The notes beneath the pieces are model-generated. The model was not told the origin of the DNA. It saw nothing but the letters and a program-made list of their open reading frames with translations, and searched no databases. Shown piece after piece: positions 9,357-18,098 of a DNA stretch of 53,503 nt. Source of the DNA: an uncultured Lachnospiraceae bacterium. Its GTDB lineage: Bacteria; Bacillota; Clostridia; Lachnospirales; Lachnospiraceae. The DNA lies in the NCBI GenBank assembly GCA_964635395.1, contig CAZWNX010000001.1, forward strand, positions 1 through 53,503, read 5' to 3'. The first letter of the stretch is position 1. Each line of letters opens with the position of its first letter. The position numbers and the translations under genes were made by a program.

Positions 9357-10171
9357 AAAAATTAATTAAATACGAGTGGAATGAATGTTATAAATTAATT
9401 GGTTTGATAAATTTGGTTGTTTTAATTTTTTCGATTATTGCATGTATTGCTTTATCCTTGTTAGATTTTCAGGGCGATAACGCAAGAACAGCGTTTTCTA
9501 TGATCTTTACAATGGGATATGGGGTAATCTATGTTACGGTTTTGATGGCAGCAAGCTTTGGAGTGACATTGTTTATCTATATTCGATTTTTTAAAAATTT
9601 ATTTTCGAGCGAAGGATATTTAATGCATACGTTGCCGGTGAAAGCTAGTGAATTGATTATTTCTAAATTGGTGGTGGCATACATTATTCATTTTATTACA
9701 AGCATCGTAATTGTGGTTTGTATTGGGGCGATTGTTCTTTGTATAGGCGCAAATATAAATGGTGATTTAAGTTTTGTTGGTCAAACAATCAATGAAATTG
9801 TTAATGTTGATATCCCAGCGGATGCCATTGCCTGGGTTGTGATATATCTTGTTGGTGTTGTTATAACAATGCTTATTTCTCCACTTTTTTCGGCACTTAC
9901 AGGATACTTCTCCCTCAGTGTAGGACAACTGTTTAATAAGTATAAAATTGTATGGGGAATAGGTGTATACTTTTTAATAACATTTATTGTTCAAATCATT
10001 ACGACTGTTTTTGCAGTACCAATTTCGTTTTCGATGAGTTATTCAGAAGCTGAAGTGTTTATCTCGCAATCAGTTCAAATGATGGTGAGTTCAGGCATCA
10101 TGTGTGTGTGTATTGTAGTATTTTACCTAGTGGTAAATCACATTGTTTCTAAAAAACTAAATTTAGAATAA
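9350..10171 (+). CDS. ABC-associated integral membrane (permease-like) protein
   Basis: 273 aa with about 6 hydrophobic helices. It overlaps the ATPase gene by 7 nt. Confidence 0.7.
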   Translation: MLKKLIKYEWNECYKLIGLINLVVLIFSIIACIALSLLDFQGDNARTAFSMIFTMGYGVIYVTVLMAASFGVTLFIYIRFFKNLFSSEGYLMHTLPVKASELIISKLVVAYIIHFITSIVIVVCIGAIVLCIGANINGDLSFVGQTINEIVNVDIPADAIAWVVIYLVGVVITMLISPLFSALTGYFSLSVGQLFNKYKIVWGIGVYFLITFIVQIITTVFAVPISFSMSYSEAEVFISQSVQMMVSSGIMCVCIVVFYLVVNHIVSKKLNLE

Positions 10172-10205
10172 TTAAGAATGAGTTAAAAATAGTACCTAGA
10201 ATCAG

Positions 10206-10250
10206 AGGAGTTCATCAAATTTAGATGAACTCCTTTCCGCTTGTTTTTTA
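10206..10250 (+). terminator. Rho-independent terminator of the GntR/ABC operon
   Basis: Perfect 11-bp stem aggagttcatc/gatgaactcct (10206-10234) with loop aaattta, followed by T-rich tract ttccgcttgtttttta. Confidence 0.7.
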
Positions 10251-10260
10251 TTGTGATTTG

Positions 10261-10289
10261 TTGTGAACATAGTAAAAAAATGATATAAT
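10261..10289 (+). promoter_or_regulatory. Putative extended -10 promoter of the four-gene unknown operon
   Basis: TTGTGA (10261-10266), 17-nt spacer, TATAAT (10284-10289), with TG at 10281-10282 giving TGaTATAAT. Confidence 0.5.
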
Positions 10290-10318
10290 TTATCAAACAA
10301 CAGTGGGTGGGTGAAAAA

Positions 10319-13300
10319 ATGTCAGAGATCATGTCTCGCTTTAATGAAGATCATTATGAGTATGAATCGGGTTTGTTAGATTTTCCAATACAAAAACTAG
10401 AATTTTCGATTAAGAAAAATGAGATAAAGTCAGGTACGATTTTTATTACCAGTCAGAATGCCAAGCATATTTGTGGAAGAGTAGTATCTTCTCATTATAG
10501 AATGGAACTGAAAAAAGAAGAGTTTGATGGTACCTTTATTGAGTTGGGCTATCAATTTGGTTCAAATGGACTTGAAGAGGGAGATGTTGTAAAGGGTGAG
10601 TTTAGTATTATATCCAATATTGGAGAGTTCTATCTTCCATTTTTGGTACAAATAGAGCAGACGGTTTTGAATTCTTCCATGGGAAATGTGAAGAATTTAT
10701 TTCATTTTGCTAATTTGGCAAAAGGTAGTTGGAAAGAGGCTGTTGAATTATTCTATTCAGAAGACTTTGTTAGTGTTTTTTCGGGGAGTGATCGGCAACA
10801 TTTAGGGGTTTATAGAGGGTTATCAAAACACGTGCTAAATGAAAGAAACCTTGAAGAATTCTTGGTATGTGTTAGAAAGAAGCAACCCATCTCTTTTCAC
10901 GTTGATCAAAGCGTGGTAGAAATTGAAAGAAGTCAGATTATAAAACCTAAGCGTATTCAGATTGAGCGAAATGGCTGGGGGTATACAGAACTAGAAGTCA
11001 GTGTAGAAGGCCAGTTTATTGAAATTGACAAGAGTCTTCTTTTGGAACAGGATTTTTCTGGAAATCGTTGTGAAGTCCAATATTTTATTAAGGAAGAAGC
11101 TTTGCATGAGGGAAACAATTTTGGAAAAATCATTGTTTACTCAAAAGCCCAAAAATTTGAGATTATAGTCAAGGTAATTAGAAACAAAGTACCAATGTCT
11201 GCATTTGGATATAAAAAAGAATTAAAACAGTTACGGTTTCAAATTTTAGATCAGTTTGTTCTTTACTCGTTGGGAAAAAAGGAAAAAAGCACATGGATTC
11301 TTCAGACTGAACAAATTGTAGAAAAAATGAATATGATCAATAATAAGGATGTATTGTCAAGATTATTTCAAGCATATTTGTTAGTGGAACAGGAAAAGCT
11401 AAACGAAGCACGCTGGATATTAAAGCGAGTTGAAACCATGTTTGCAGAAGACCCAAGGGCTAGTTCGGAAATTGAAAATTACACGTTCTACTTGTATATT
11501 ATGTCTAAGTGTGAAGTGGAGCAACAGGATTTTTATGAAAAGGAAATTTGTGAAATTTATTTAAGACACTCTAACAGAATGAGCATCTTTTTTTTACGAC
11601 TTGATTGCTTGGATGATTATAATAATGCAACTAAGAAATTGATAGCAATTGAGGAGCAATATTATAAAGGGATTTATAGCCCATTATTATATACAAAAGC
11701 ATTTGCAATCTATAAGGCATCTCCTTCTTACTTTTCTAAGTTAGGTAGATTTGAGCTTAGCATTGCTGAATTTGTTTTAAAAAATCGTGTAATGACGAAG
11801 GAAATTGCCTTACAAATGACAATGCTCGCATCAAGAATGCGAGATTATAATGAGCGTGTAATTAAAATTTTGGAAAAATGTTATGAAGCATATCAGGATG
11901 TTGAGATATTGAGAGTGCTAACGTCTTTACTTATTAAAGGAAATGTTGTTAAAAAAGAGGCACATATTTGGTTTGATTTGGCAATACAAAAAGAACTTAG
12001 AATTACAAAGTTGTACGATTATTTTTGGATGAGTAGGCCAACTGAAAGTACGATGGACGTACCAAGGATTGTCTATCTATACTTTTCTTATGAAAACAAT
12101 CTGGATTCTGATTATGCAGCAGCACTCTATTATGATGTGGTGAAAAACAAAGAATTGCATCCAGACATTTACGCTCAGTATTATGATAAGATAAGGTTGT
12201 TTCTAATGAAACAAATTCGAAAAAAACGGATTAGTATGAACCTAGCGTATCTGTATCAGCAGTTTGCAGATGGTTTGCTATCGGATGAATCTGTTGCAAA
12301 AGAGTTTCTTGACCTTGTATTTGCTCATCTAGTCGAGATTGAGCGTGATGATATTAAAAAGGTGATTCTTATCCAGGAAAATATTGTCGGGGAAAAAGAA
12401 TACGCAGTTGTTAATAAGGTAGCAACGGTACCAATTATTACAAATGAATTTCAAATTTTACTTGAAGATGCAAACAAAAACAGATATGTAAATTCGATCA
12501 ATTTTTCAATTAAGAAACTAATGATAGTGGGTAAAGTGGGTAAATATTTGGCACCAGTATCGAATGAACATTTTGCATATCAACTATATCTGAGCCAATT
12601 ATATAATTCATATCAAATGCTTGAGCAAGATAATTTGTTGAGATACGAAATGCTATTTCAGTCAGAACAACTCGATTTCTTTAGTAAAAAATCAATACAG
12701 GAACATTTGGTTCGCTATTATTATGAGCATGACTTAGAGGACAAATTAGATGTGTTGCTTGATCAAGTTGACGTATCTTACTTATCGCAAAAGGAGCGGG
12801 GAGAAATTATCCGATATTTAGTGGTGCGTGAAAAGTATGAGAGAGCACTGAATTATGTCAATCAGTTTGGATATGAAGGTGTTGGAATAAAAGTTTTAAT
12901 CAGACTTTGCACGAATTTGATAACAGAAGATATGGATTACCAAAAAAGCACTCTAAACATGGCCGCCTATGTATTTTTTCGTGACAAGTATAATGAATTG
13001 ATGTTGAAGTATTTGAACCTGTATTATTTTGGCAATGTCAAGAAAATGAGGGATATATGGAATGCATCCATACTATTTGACATTGATGCGAGAGATATTG
13101 CAGAACGAATTTTGAAACACATATTTTTTAGTAACGGATATATTGCTACAAAACATAAAGTGTTTTCTTATTATTACAAAAAGACACCGAAGCAACAGAT
13201 TGTGAATGCTTATTTATCACACAATGCATATGATTATATTGTTCGAGAAAAGATTGTTGAAGATGATGTATTCTATGTTCTCGAAAAAGAGTTGTTAGAT

Positions 13301-13879
13301 GGTGCAGCATTAAATGATTGTTGCAAGTTGGCATATATAAAGTACTTTTCCAATCATTTTGATGAAATAGATTCTAAGAGGACGCAACTTATTTGCAATA
13401 TTTTAACAAAATTGCTTGTAAAGGATATGTTTTTCCCATTCTATTTGAAGTTTAAAGAAGTTGTTCCTTATTTGAAAATATTCGAGAATAAGACCTTTGT
13501 TGAATTTAAATCAGAAGAGAATTTTGCTGAGATTGAATTGCACTATTTGTTTGAAAATCAATCCAATGCTGGAGCAGAGTATTCAAAAGAGGTAATGAAA
13601 GAAGTGTTTGGGGGAAATTATTTAAAACAGTTTAATTTGTTCTTTGGTGAACGGCTTCAGTACTACATTTCTGAGAAAACAAAGAGTAGCGAAAAATTAA
13701 CAGAGAGTGGAGTTCTTGAAAAAAGTGATATTGCCGGCTCAGAGAGTGAAAGTAAATATGAAATGCTCAATGATATTGTTATTAGTAGTACATTACAAGA
13801 TTTTGATACAGTGGACGAATTATTAATCGATTATCAGAAGAAAACGTTTTTATCAGAAAAAATCTTTAACATAAAATAG
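10319..13879 (+). CDS. Giant uncharacterised protein: two N-terminal beta-sandwich-like segments plus about 900 aa of helical/TPR-like repeats
   Basis: Uninterrupted 1190-codon ORF. The ATG at 10319 behind GGGTGGGTG is preferred over the GTG at 10307. I found no Walker A, no catalytic motif, no signal peptide and no TM helix. Confidence 0.8.
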   Translation: MSEIMSRFNEDHYEYESGLLDFPIQKLEFSIKKNEIKSGTIFITSQNAKHICGRVVSSHYRMELKKEEFDGTFIELGYQFGSNGLEEGDVVKGEFSIISNIGEFYLPFLVQIEQTVLNSSMGNVKNLFHFANLAKGSWKEAVELFYSEDFVSVFSGSDRQHLGVYRGLSKHVLNERNLEEFLVCVRKKQPISFHVDQSVVEIERSQIIKPKRIQIERNGWGYTELEVSVEGQFIEIDKSLLLEQDFSGNRCEVQYFIKEEALHEGNNFGKIIVYSKAQKFEIIVKVIRNKVPMSAFGYKKELKQLRFQILDQFVLYSLGKKEKSTWILQTEQIVEKMNMINNKDVLSRLFQAYLLVEQEKLNEARWILKRVETMFAEDPRASSEIENYTFYLYIMSKCEVEQQDFYEKEICEIYLRHSNRMSIFFLRLDCLDDYNNATKKLIAIEEQYYKGIYSPLLYTKAFAIYKASPSYFSKLGRFELSIAEFVLKNRVMTKEIALQMTMLASRMRDYNERVIKILEKCYEAYQDVEILRVLTSLLIKGNVVKKEAHIWFDLAIQKELRITKLYDYFWMSRPTESTMDVPRIVYLYFSYENNLDSDYAAALYYDVVKNKELHPDIYAQYYDKIRLFLMKQIRKKRISMNLAYLYQQFADGLLSDESVAKEFLDLVFAHLVEIERDDIKKVILIQENIVGEKEYAVVNKVATVPIITNEFQILLEDANKNRYVNSINFSIKKLMIVGKVGKYLAPVSNEHFAYQLYLSQLYNSYQMLEQDNLLRYEMLFQSEQLDFFSKKSIQEHLVRYYYEHDLEDKLDVLLDQVDVSYLSQKERGEIIRYLVVREKYERALNYVNQFGYEGVGIKVLIRLCTNLITEDMDYQKSTLNMAAYVFFRDKYNELMLKYLNLYYFGNVKKMRDIWNASILFDIDARDIAERILKHIFFSNGYIATKHKVFSYYYKKTPKQQIVNAYLSHNAYDYIVREKIVEDDVFYVLEKELLDGAALNDCCKLAYIKYFSNHFDEIDSKRTQLICNILTKLLVKDMFFPFYLKFKEVVPYLKIFENKTFVEFKSEENFAEIELHYLFENQSNAGAEYSKEVMKEVFGGNYLKQFNLFFGERLQYYISEKTKSSEKLTESGVLEKSDIAGSESESKYEMLNDIVISSTLQDFDTVDELLIDYQKKTFLSEKIFNIK

Positions 13880-13910
13880 CGAAAAGGGTTCTATAGAAAA
13901 GGGTCTACGA

Positions 13911-15209
13911 ATGAAGAGAGATTTGGTTAAAGAGAGGGAGAAAGGTATAATTATTGGAGTTGATATTCATCGTGAATTTACTCAAATAAGTTATGCGATT
14001 TCTCCAGAACATAAAATTGAAACAATGGAAATTTCAAAGGAATATGAAAAATATAATATTCCAACTTATTTATGTAAGCGAAAAGGCATTAATCAATGGT
14101 ACTACGGTAGAGATGCTTTCAAAAAGAAGGAGGAAGGTATCTTTCTTGAAGATATCCTTTTCAGAGCGTTATCGAATGATAAGGTGTGGATTGAAGAGAG
14201 TGAAATCAACTACACGGAGCTATTTACGATGTATTTTCGTAAAATACTGTCTATGATGGCATTTGTACGTGGAAATATGCCGATTCATGCGCTTGTAATA
14301 ACCGCTCGTGTAATGAATAAAGAAATGGTTGATTTGTTGTTAAAGACAACTAGGGAAATTGGTATTCATTCTCAGAAGGTTTTTCTAAAAAGTCATGACG
14401 AAAGTCTGTATCATTATGTCATTCATCAACCCAAGGAATTGTGGGAGTATGCGGTTGGAATTATGGATTTTTCTACAGATCATTTAGTGGGATATCGTGT
14501 GGAAGTAAATTCGAAAACAACACCGTGCGTTACCTTTATTCATGAGACGGAATACCCACAGATATACATACGGGATGATTTCGTTTCGGATATGGAAAAA
14601 GAAATTTACTTGAAAAAGATGGAAACAGATTTTTTGGAAGTATCACAAGAGTTCACGAGTGAGATAATATTTAGCTCCATATATTTGGTTGGGGGAGGAT
14701 TCACAGGAGATTTTTATAAGCCGGCACTTTCAGTTTTAGGAAGAAATAGAAGAGTATTTGGTGGTAATAATTTATACAGTAAGGGTGCATGCTTGTGCGG
14801 AATTGAGACGATATTTCCAAGTGAGCTTGCAGAGAAATACATATTTTTGGGGAAAGAGAAATTAGTGTGCAATGTGAGCGTTCTTATTAGCAATGCAGAT
14901 GAACAAGAGTACCTTTCGATGCTAGATGCTGGAATAAGTTGGTTTGATGCTAAAGCAGAAAAGATATTCTTGCTAGGTGAGGAAAAGCAGATTGAACTTA
15001 TAATTACACCCCTTAATCATAGGGAGGTTAGAAGGATTTGTATCGACCTTTGCGAATTTAACGGTAGACCAGAAAAAACAGTTAGAGTGAAGTTGAATCT
15101 ATCCATGTGTTCTAGTCAAACCCTTTGTTATAAGGTGACAGATTTGGGGTTTGGAGATTTTTTCAAACCGCTTCCAAATACTTGGGAAGACTGTATTATG
15201 CTTGATTAG
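13911..15209 (+). CDS. Hsp70/actin-fold (ASKHA) protein with degenerate nucleotide-binding motifs
   Basis: 432 aa. Four segments sit in the order and approximate spacing of Hsp70 phosphate-1, connect-1, phosphate-2 and adenosine motifs: IIGVDIHREFTQISY (res 13-27), ALVITARVMNKEMVDLLLKTTREIGI (127-151), GIMDFSTDHLVGY (183-195), IYLVGGGFTGDF (257-268). Confidence 0.65.
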   Translation: MKRDLVKEREKGIIIGVDIHREFTQISYAISPEHKIETMEISKEYEKYNIPTYLCKRKGINQWYYGRDAFKKKEEGIFLEDILFRALSNDKVWIEESEINYTELFTMYFRKILSMMAFVRGNMPIHALVITARVMNKEMVDLLLKTTREIGIHSQKVFLKSHDESLYHYVIHQPKELWEYAVGIMDFSTDHLVGYRVEVNSKTTPCVTFIHETEYPQIYIRDDFVSDMEKEIYLKKMETDFLEVSQEFTSEIIFSSIYLVGGGFTGDFYKPALSVLGRNRRVFGGNNLYSKGACLCGIETIFPSELAEKYIFLGKEKLVCNVSVLISNADEQEYLSMLDAGISWFDAKAEKIFLLGEEKQIELIITPLNHREVRRICIDLCEFNGRPEKTVRVKLNLSMCSSQTLCYKVTDLGFGDFFKPLPNTWEDCIMLD

Positions 15210-15220
15210 GAGGAAAAATT

Positions 15221-16054
15221 GTGGCACATCTTTCATTGGAAATAGGGAAACGGGCTGAGAAAGCTTATTATATGGAATTTCCAGGAATTAGCTTATCTTC
15301 AATTGAAGAACTATGCTATTATATCTGTGTATATGCGGATTATATGGGTAGGGATATGATCGGTGAAGAGTTGATTTGTTGGATTGATAAAGAGTGCGGT
15401 TTGTATGAGTTATCCATGCACTTGTCGAGTTTATATAGACAAAATTGCTCGCTTCAGTCGTTCTTAGGGTTTACATTAGAGTATGTGCATTTTTGTGACA
15501 AAGATAGAATTGCATTGATTGAGACATGCATTCGTGAAAATCAACAAACCAAGGCATCCTTTTTGAACAAAAAGAGAGCTGACTACTATGTACAGGTTAA
15601 AAAGTATCATCGTGCATTTGAGCTGTACTATAAGTTGATTGAGACAAATCTAAGTGGTGATCATCAATTTCTTGCAAATATTTATTACAATCTTGCAATT
15701 GTGTGTACTAGGTTATTCTATTTTGATCTTGCAGATGATTATTTTTTGAAAGCGTATCAATTATTTCCTGATCGAAATACTTTGATTGCACGAATTAAGT
15801 TGAAAAAACTGTCGGAACCACAGAAAGAGTTTTATATTGAGGGATACCTTGAAGAAGAATTGAAAGAACAAATCATGGAAGTCGATGCATTCATTGAAAA
15901 AGTGTCAGAACAATTTGTTCAATCGAGGGAAATGCAGGTAATTAAAGATGCATTAGATAAAAAGAAAAATTTAGAAACGGCTGAATACTATTTGGCAGTT
16001 AGAGAAATTGTGAATGATTTAAAAGAAGACTACAATAATCAGGCGACGTTGTAA
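15221..16054 (+). CDS. TPR-repeat protein, function unknown
   Basis: 277 aa, GTG start 7 nt after TAGGAGG. TPR-like helices (ANIYYNLAIVCTRLFYFDLADDYFLKAYQLFPD) and an acidic coiled C-terminus. Confidence 0.6.
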   Translation: MAHLSLEIGKRAEKAYYMEFPGISLSSIEELCYYICVYADYMGRDMIGEELICWIDKECGLYELSMHLSSLYRQNCSLQSFLGFTLEYVHFCDKDRIALIETCIRENQQTKASFLNKKRADYYVQVKKYHRAFELYYKLIETNLSGDHQFLANIYYNLAIVCTRLFYFDLADDYFLKAYQLFPDRNTLIARIKLKKLSEPQKEFYIEGYLEEELKEQIMEVDAFIEKVSEQFVQSREMQVIKDALDKKKNLETAEYYLAVREIVNDLKEDYNNQATL

Positions 16055-16069
16055 TGGGTGGGATATCGT

Positions 16070-17245
16070 ATGGGACTTTTTAAGAGGTTTTTTCGAGGCA
16101 AGGGCGAAGAGATTGATACGCATTTAGATTCGGATGATCAAAAAATAACATCACGTGATGAGTTGGATTTTGAAGATTCGTATCAAAGAAATAAATATGT
16201 TTATGAGTGTTTAGAACAAATTGCACAAGCCACAAAGGAAACGAAGAAGCTTAGTGAAGAGTATGAGTCGGTGAATGTGCACCTGAAAGATATGGAATTA
16301 ATAGATGCATTTTCGCAAAAGGACCGAACTATTTTACAAAGTCACGCAAAAGCGTTGATCCGTTTTCGGATTGAAGAAAAAAAGAAACATCACACTAACA
16401 AGAGAATGAGCGACACTAATTTCTACAAAATTGAAAAAATTCAAGATGAAGTTGAAGAAATATATAATAAAATTTTTGAAGCTCAAGAATATCAAAAGTT
16501 AGTAAAACATGATTTATCAAGGCTGGAAAGTGAAAAACAAGCATGTATTTTCCGTTATGAAGAAGCACAGCTTGCAATTCGAAACATGCGTGGGATGGCC
16601 ATCATTTGTTCGAGCGCAATTATTGTTAGTATCTTTTTATTAGTATTTTTACAGATGGTGTTAGAGTTTGAAGTTTTGGCGGGCTATCTTTTGACTGGAG
16701 TTGTAGGTTCAATCACATTGACGGTCTTATTTGTTAAGTATCTTGAGGCAATAACGGAAGCAAAGCAATCTGCAAAAAGCAAAAACAAAGTTATTACGCT
16801 ACAAAACAAAGTGAAAATTCGTTATGTAAACCAATCGAATTTACTGGATTATTTGTACACCAAGTACGAAGTTAATTCAGCTGAAGAATTGAAGAAAATG
16901 CATGAACAGTACGAACATGAACGAGAAGAAAGAAAGCGTGTTCGTGAGTTGGAGTTAGAATTAGACTTTCATGGGGAACAGATTCTTAAAATGCTTAGGC
17001 AATTTAAAATAGTGCAGTTATCCTTTTGGATACAACAACCGGAAGCACTTGTTGACCCAAAAGAAATGGTTGAGGTTCGTCATGCTTTCATTTTGAAAAG
17101 GCAAAAACTTAGAAAACAATTAGAATACAACGAGGAACTGGCAATGGTAGCTCAGCGAGAAATTCGGGACTTAGTTGGAGACTATCCAAAGTATGCTCAG
17201 GAAATTTTGAAAAAAGTATCTGATTATGAAGAGAAATTCGGGTAA
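16070..17245 (+). CDS. Coiled-coil protein with central transmembrane hairpin, function unknown
   Basis: ATG at 16070 (MGLFKRFFRGKGEE) behind GGGTGGG; an alternative GTG is at 16058. Long charged helical regions flank two adjacent hydrophobic helices (MAIICSSAIIVSIFLLVFLQMVL and LAGYLLTGVVGSITLTVLFV). Confidence 0.65.
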   Translation: MGLFKRFFRGKGEEIDTHLDSDDQKITSRDELDFEDSYQRNKYVYECLEQIAQATKETKKLSEEYESVNVHLKDMELIDAFSQKDRTILQSHAKALIRFRIEEKKKHHTNKRMSDTNFYKIEKIQDEVEEIYNKIFEAQEYQKLVKHDLSRLESEKQACIFRYEEAQLAIRNMRGMAIICSSAIIVSIFLLVFLQMVLEFEVLAGYLLTGVVGSITLTVLFVKYLEAITEAKQSAKSKNKVITLQNKVKIRYVNQSNLLDYLYTKYEVNSAEELKKMHEQYEHEREERKRVRELELELDFHGEQILKMLRQFKIVQLSFWIQQPEALVDPKEMVEVRHAFILKRQKLRKQLEYNEELAMVAQREIRDLVGDYPKYAQEILKKVSDYEEKFG

Positions 17246-17289
17246 TCATTAGGCAAAATGTAGAAAATACTTTTTGGATGAAAGTTTTG

Positions 17290-17318
17290 TTGAAATGAAA
17301 AAACGAATTGCATATAAT
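17290..17318 (+). promoter_or_regulatory. Near-consensus sigma-A promoter upstream of purC
   Basis: TTGAAA (17290-17295), 17-nt spacer, TATAAT (17313-17318). Confidence 0.6.
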
Positions 17319-17393
17319 TGGAATGTGCTTAGACGAAAAGGTTAGTTATTTACAAATGAGGATGGACGCGCATATGCGCAGAATGGAGTGACG

Positions 17394-18098
17394 ATGAAAA
17401 AATTAGACTTACTTTACGAAGGAAAAGCAAAAAAAGTTTATTTAACGGAAGATCCAGATGTATTGATAGTGGATTACAAAGATGATGCAACAGCATTCAA
17501 TGGAGAAAAAAAGGGAACAATTGTTGGTAAAGGTGTTATCAATAACCGCATGAGTAACCATATTTTTAGTATCCTTGAAAAAAAGGGAGTTCCTACACAT
17601 TTGGTAGAAGAGTTAAGTGATCGAGAAACTGCAGTAAAGAAAGTTGAAATTGTACCGTTAGAAGTCATTATCAGAAATGTGGCAGCAGGAAGTTTTTCAA
17701 AACGATTAGGCGTTGAAGAGGGTGTTGTTTTTGACGAACCAACGGTTGAGTTTAGTTATAAAAAGGATGAATTGGGTGACCCACTTATCAATGATCATTT
17801 TGCAGTTGCCTTAAAGCTTGCAACATGGGAGGAGATAGAAATAATCAAAAAGTATGCATTTAAAGTGAATGAAGTGTTGAAAGAATTCTTTTTGGCAGCA
17901 GATATCAAGTTGATTGATTTTAAAATTGAATTTGGTCGTTATCATGGAGAGATTATTCTTGCAGATGAGACTAGCCCTGATACTTGTAGATTGTGGGATG
18001 TAAATACAAATGAAAAACTCGACAAAGATCGATTTAGAAGAGATATGGGAAATGTTGAAGAAGCATACAACGAAGTGTTTAAAAGATTGGGGTTATAA
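17394..18098 (+). CDS. purC: Phosphoribosylaminoimidazole-succinocarboxamide (SAICAR) synthase
   Basis: [16 protein letters not shown] is a typical PurC N-terminus, with SPDTCRLWD later. The ATG at 17394 follows GGAG; the track start is a GTG at 17388. Confidence 0.93.
   Translation: MKKLDLLYEGKAKKVYLTEDPDVLIVDYKDDATAFNGEKKGTIVGKGVINNRMSNHIFSILEKKGVPTHLVEELSDRETAVKKVEIVPLEVIIRNVAAGSFSKRLGVEEGVVFDEPTVEFSYKKDELGDPLINDHFAVALKLATWEEIEIIKKYAFKVNEVLKEFFLAADIKLIDFKIEFGRYHGEIILADETSPDTCRLWDVNTNEKLDKDRFRRDMGNVEEAYNEVFKRLGL

Noticed and set aside
13993-14256. 87-aa + strand ORF in an alternative frame inside the ASKHA gene
   Set aside because: It is fully nested in a longer ORF with coherent domain motifs. 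It is Lys/Arg-rich frame-shift noise with no RBS.
10319-17245. Possibility that the four-gene operon is a STAND/AAA-type anti-phage defence system
   Set aside because: I found no Walker A/B motif in any of the four proteins (GKVGKY in the giant protein does not fit GxxxxGK[ST]). I also saw no nuclease, TIR, SIR2 or protease effector motifs and no flanking mobile-element genes. The neighbourhood is core housekeeping. Defence is not excluded, but the sequence does not support it.
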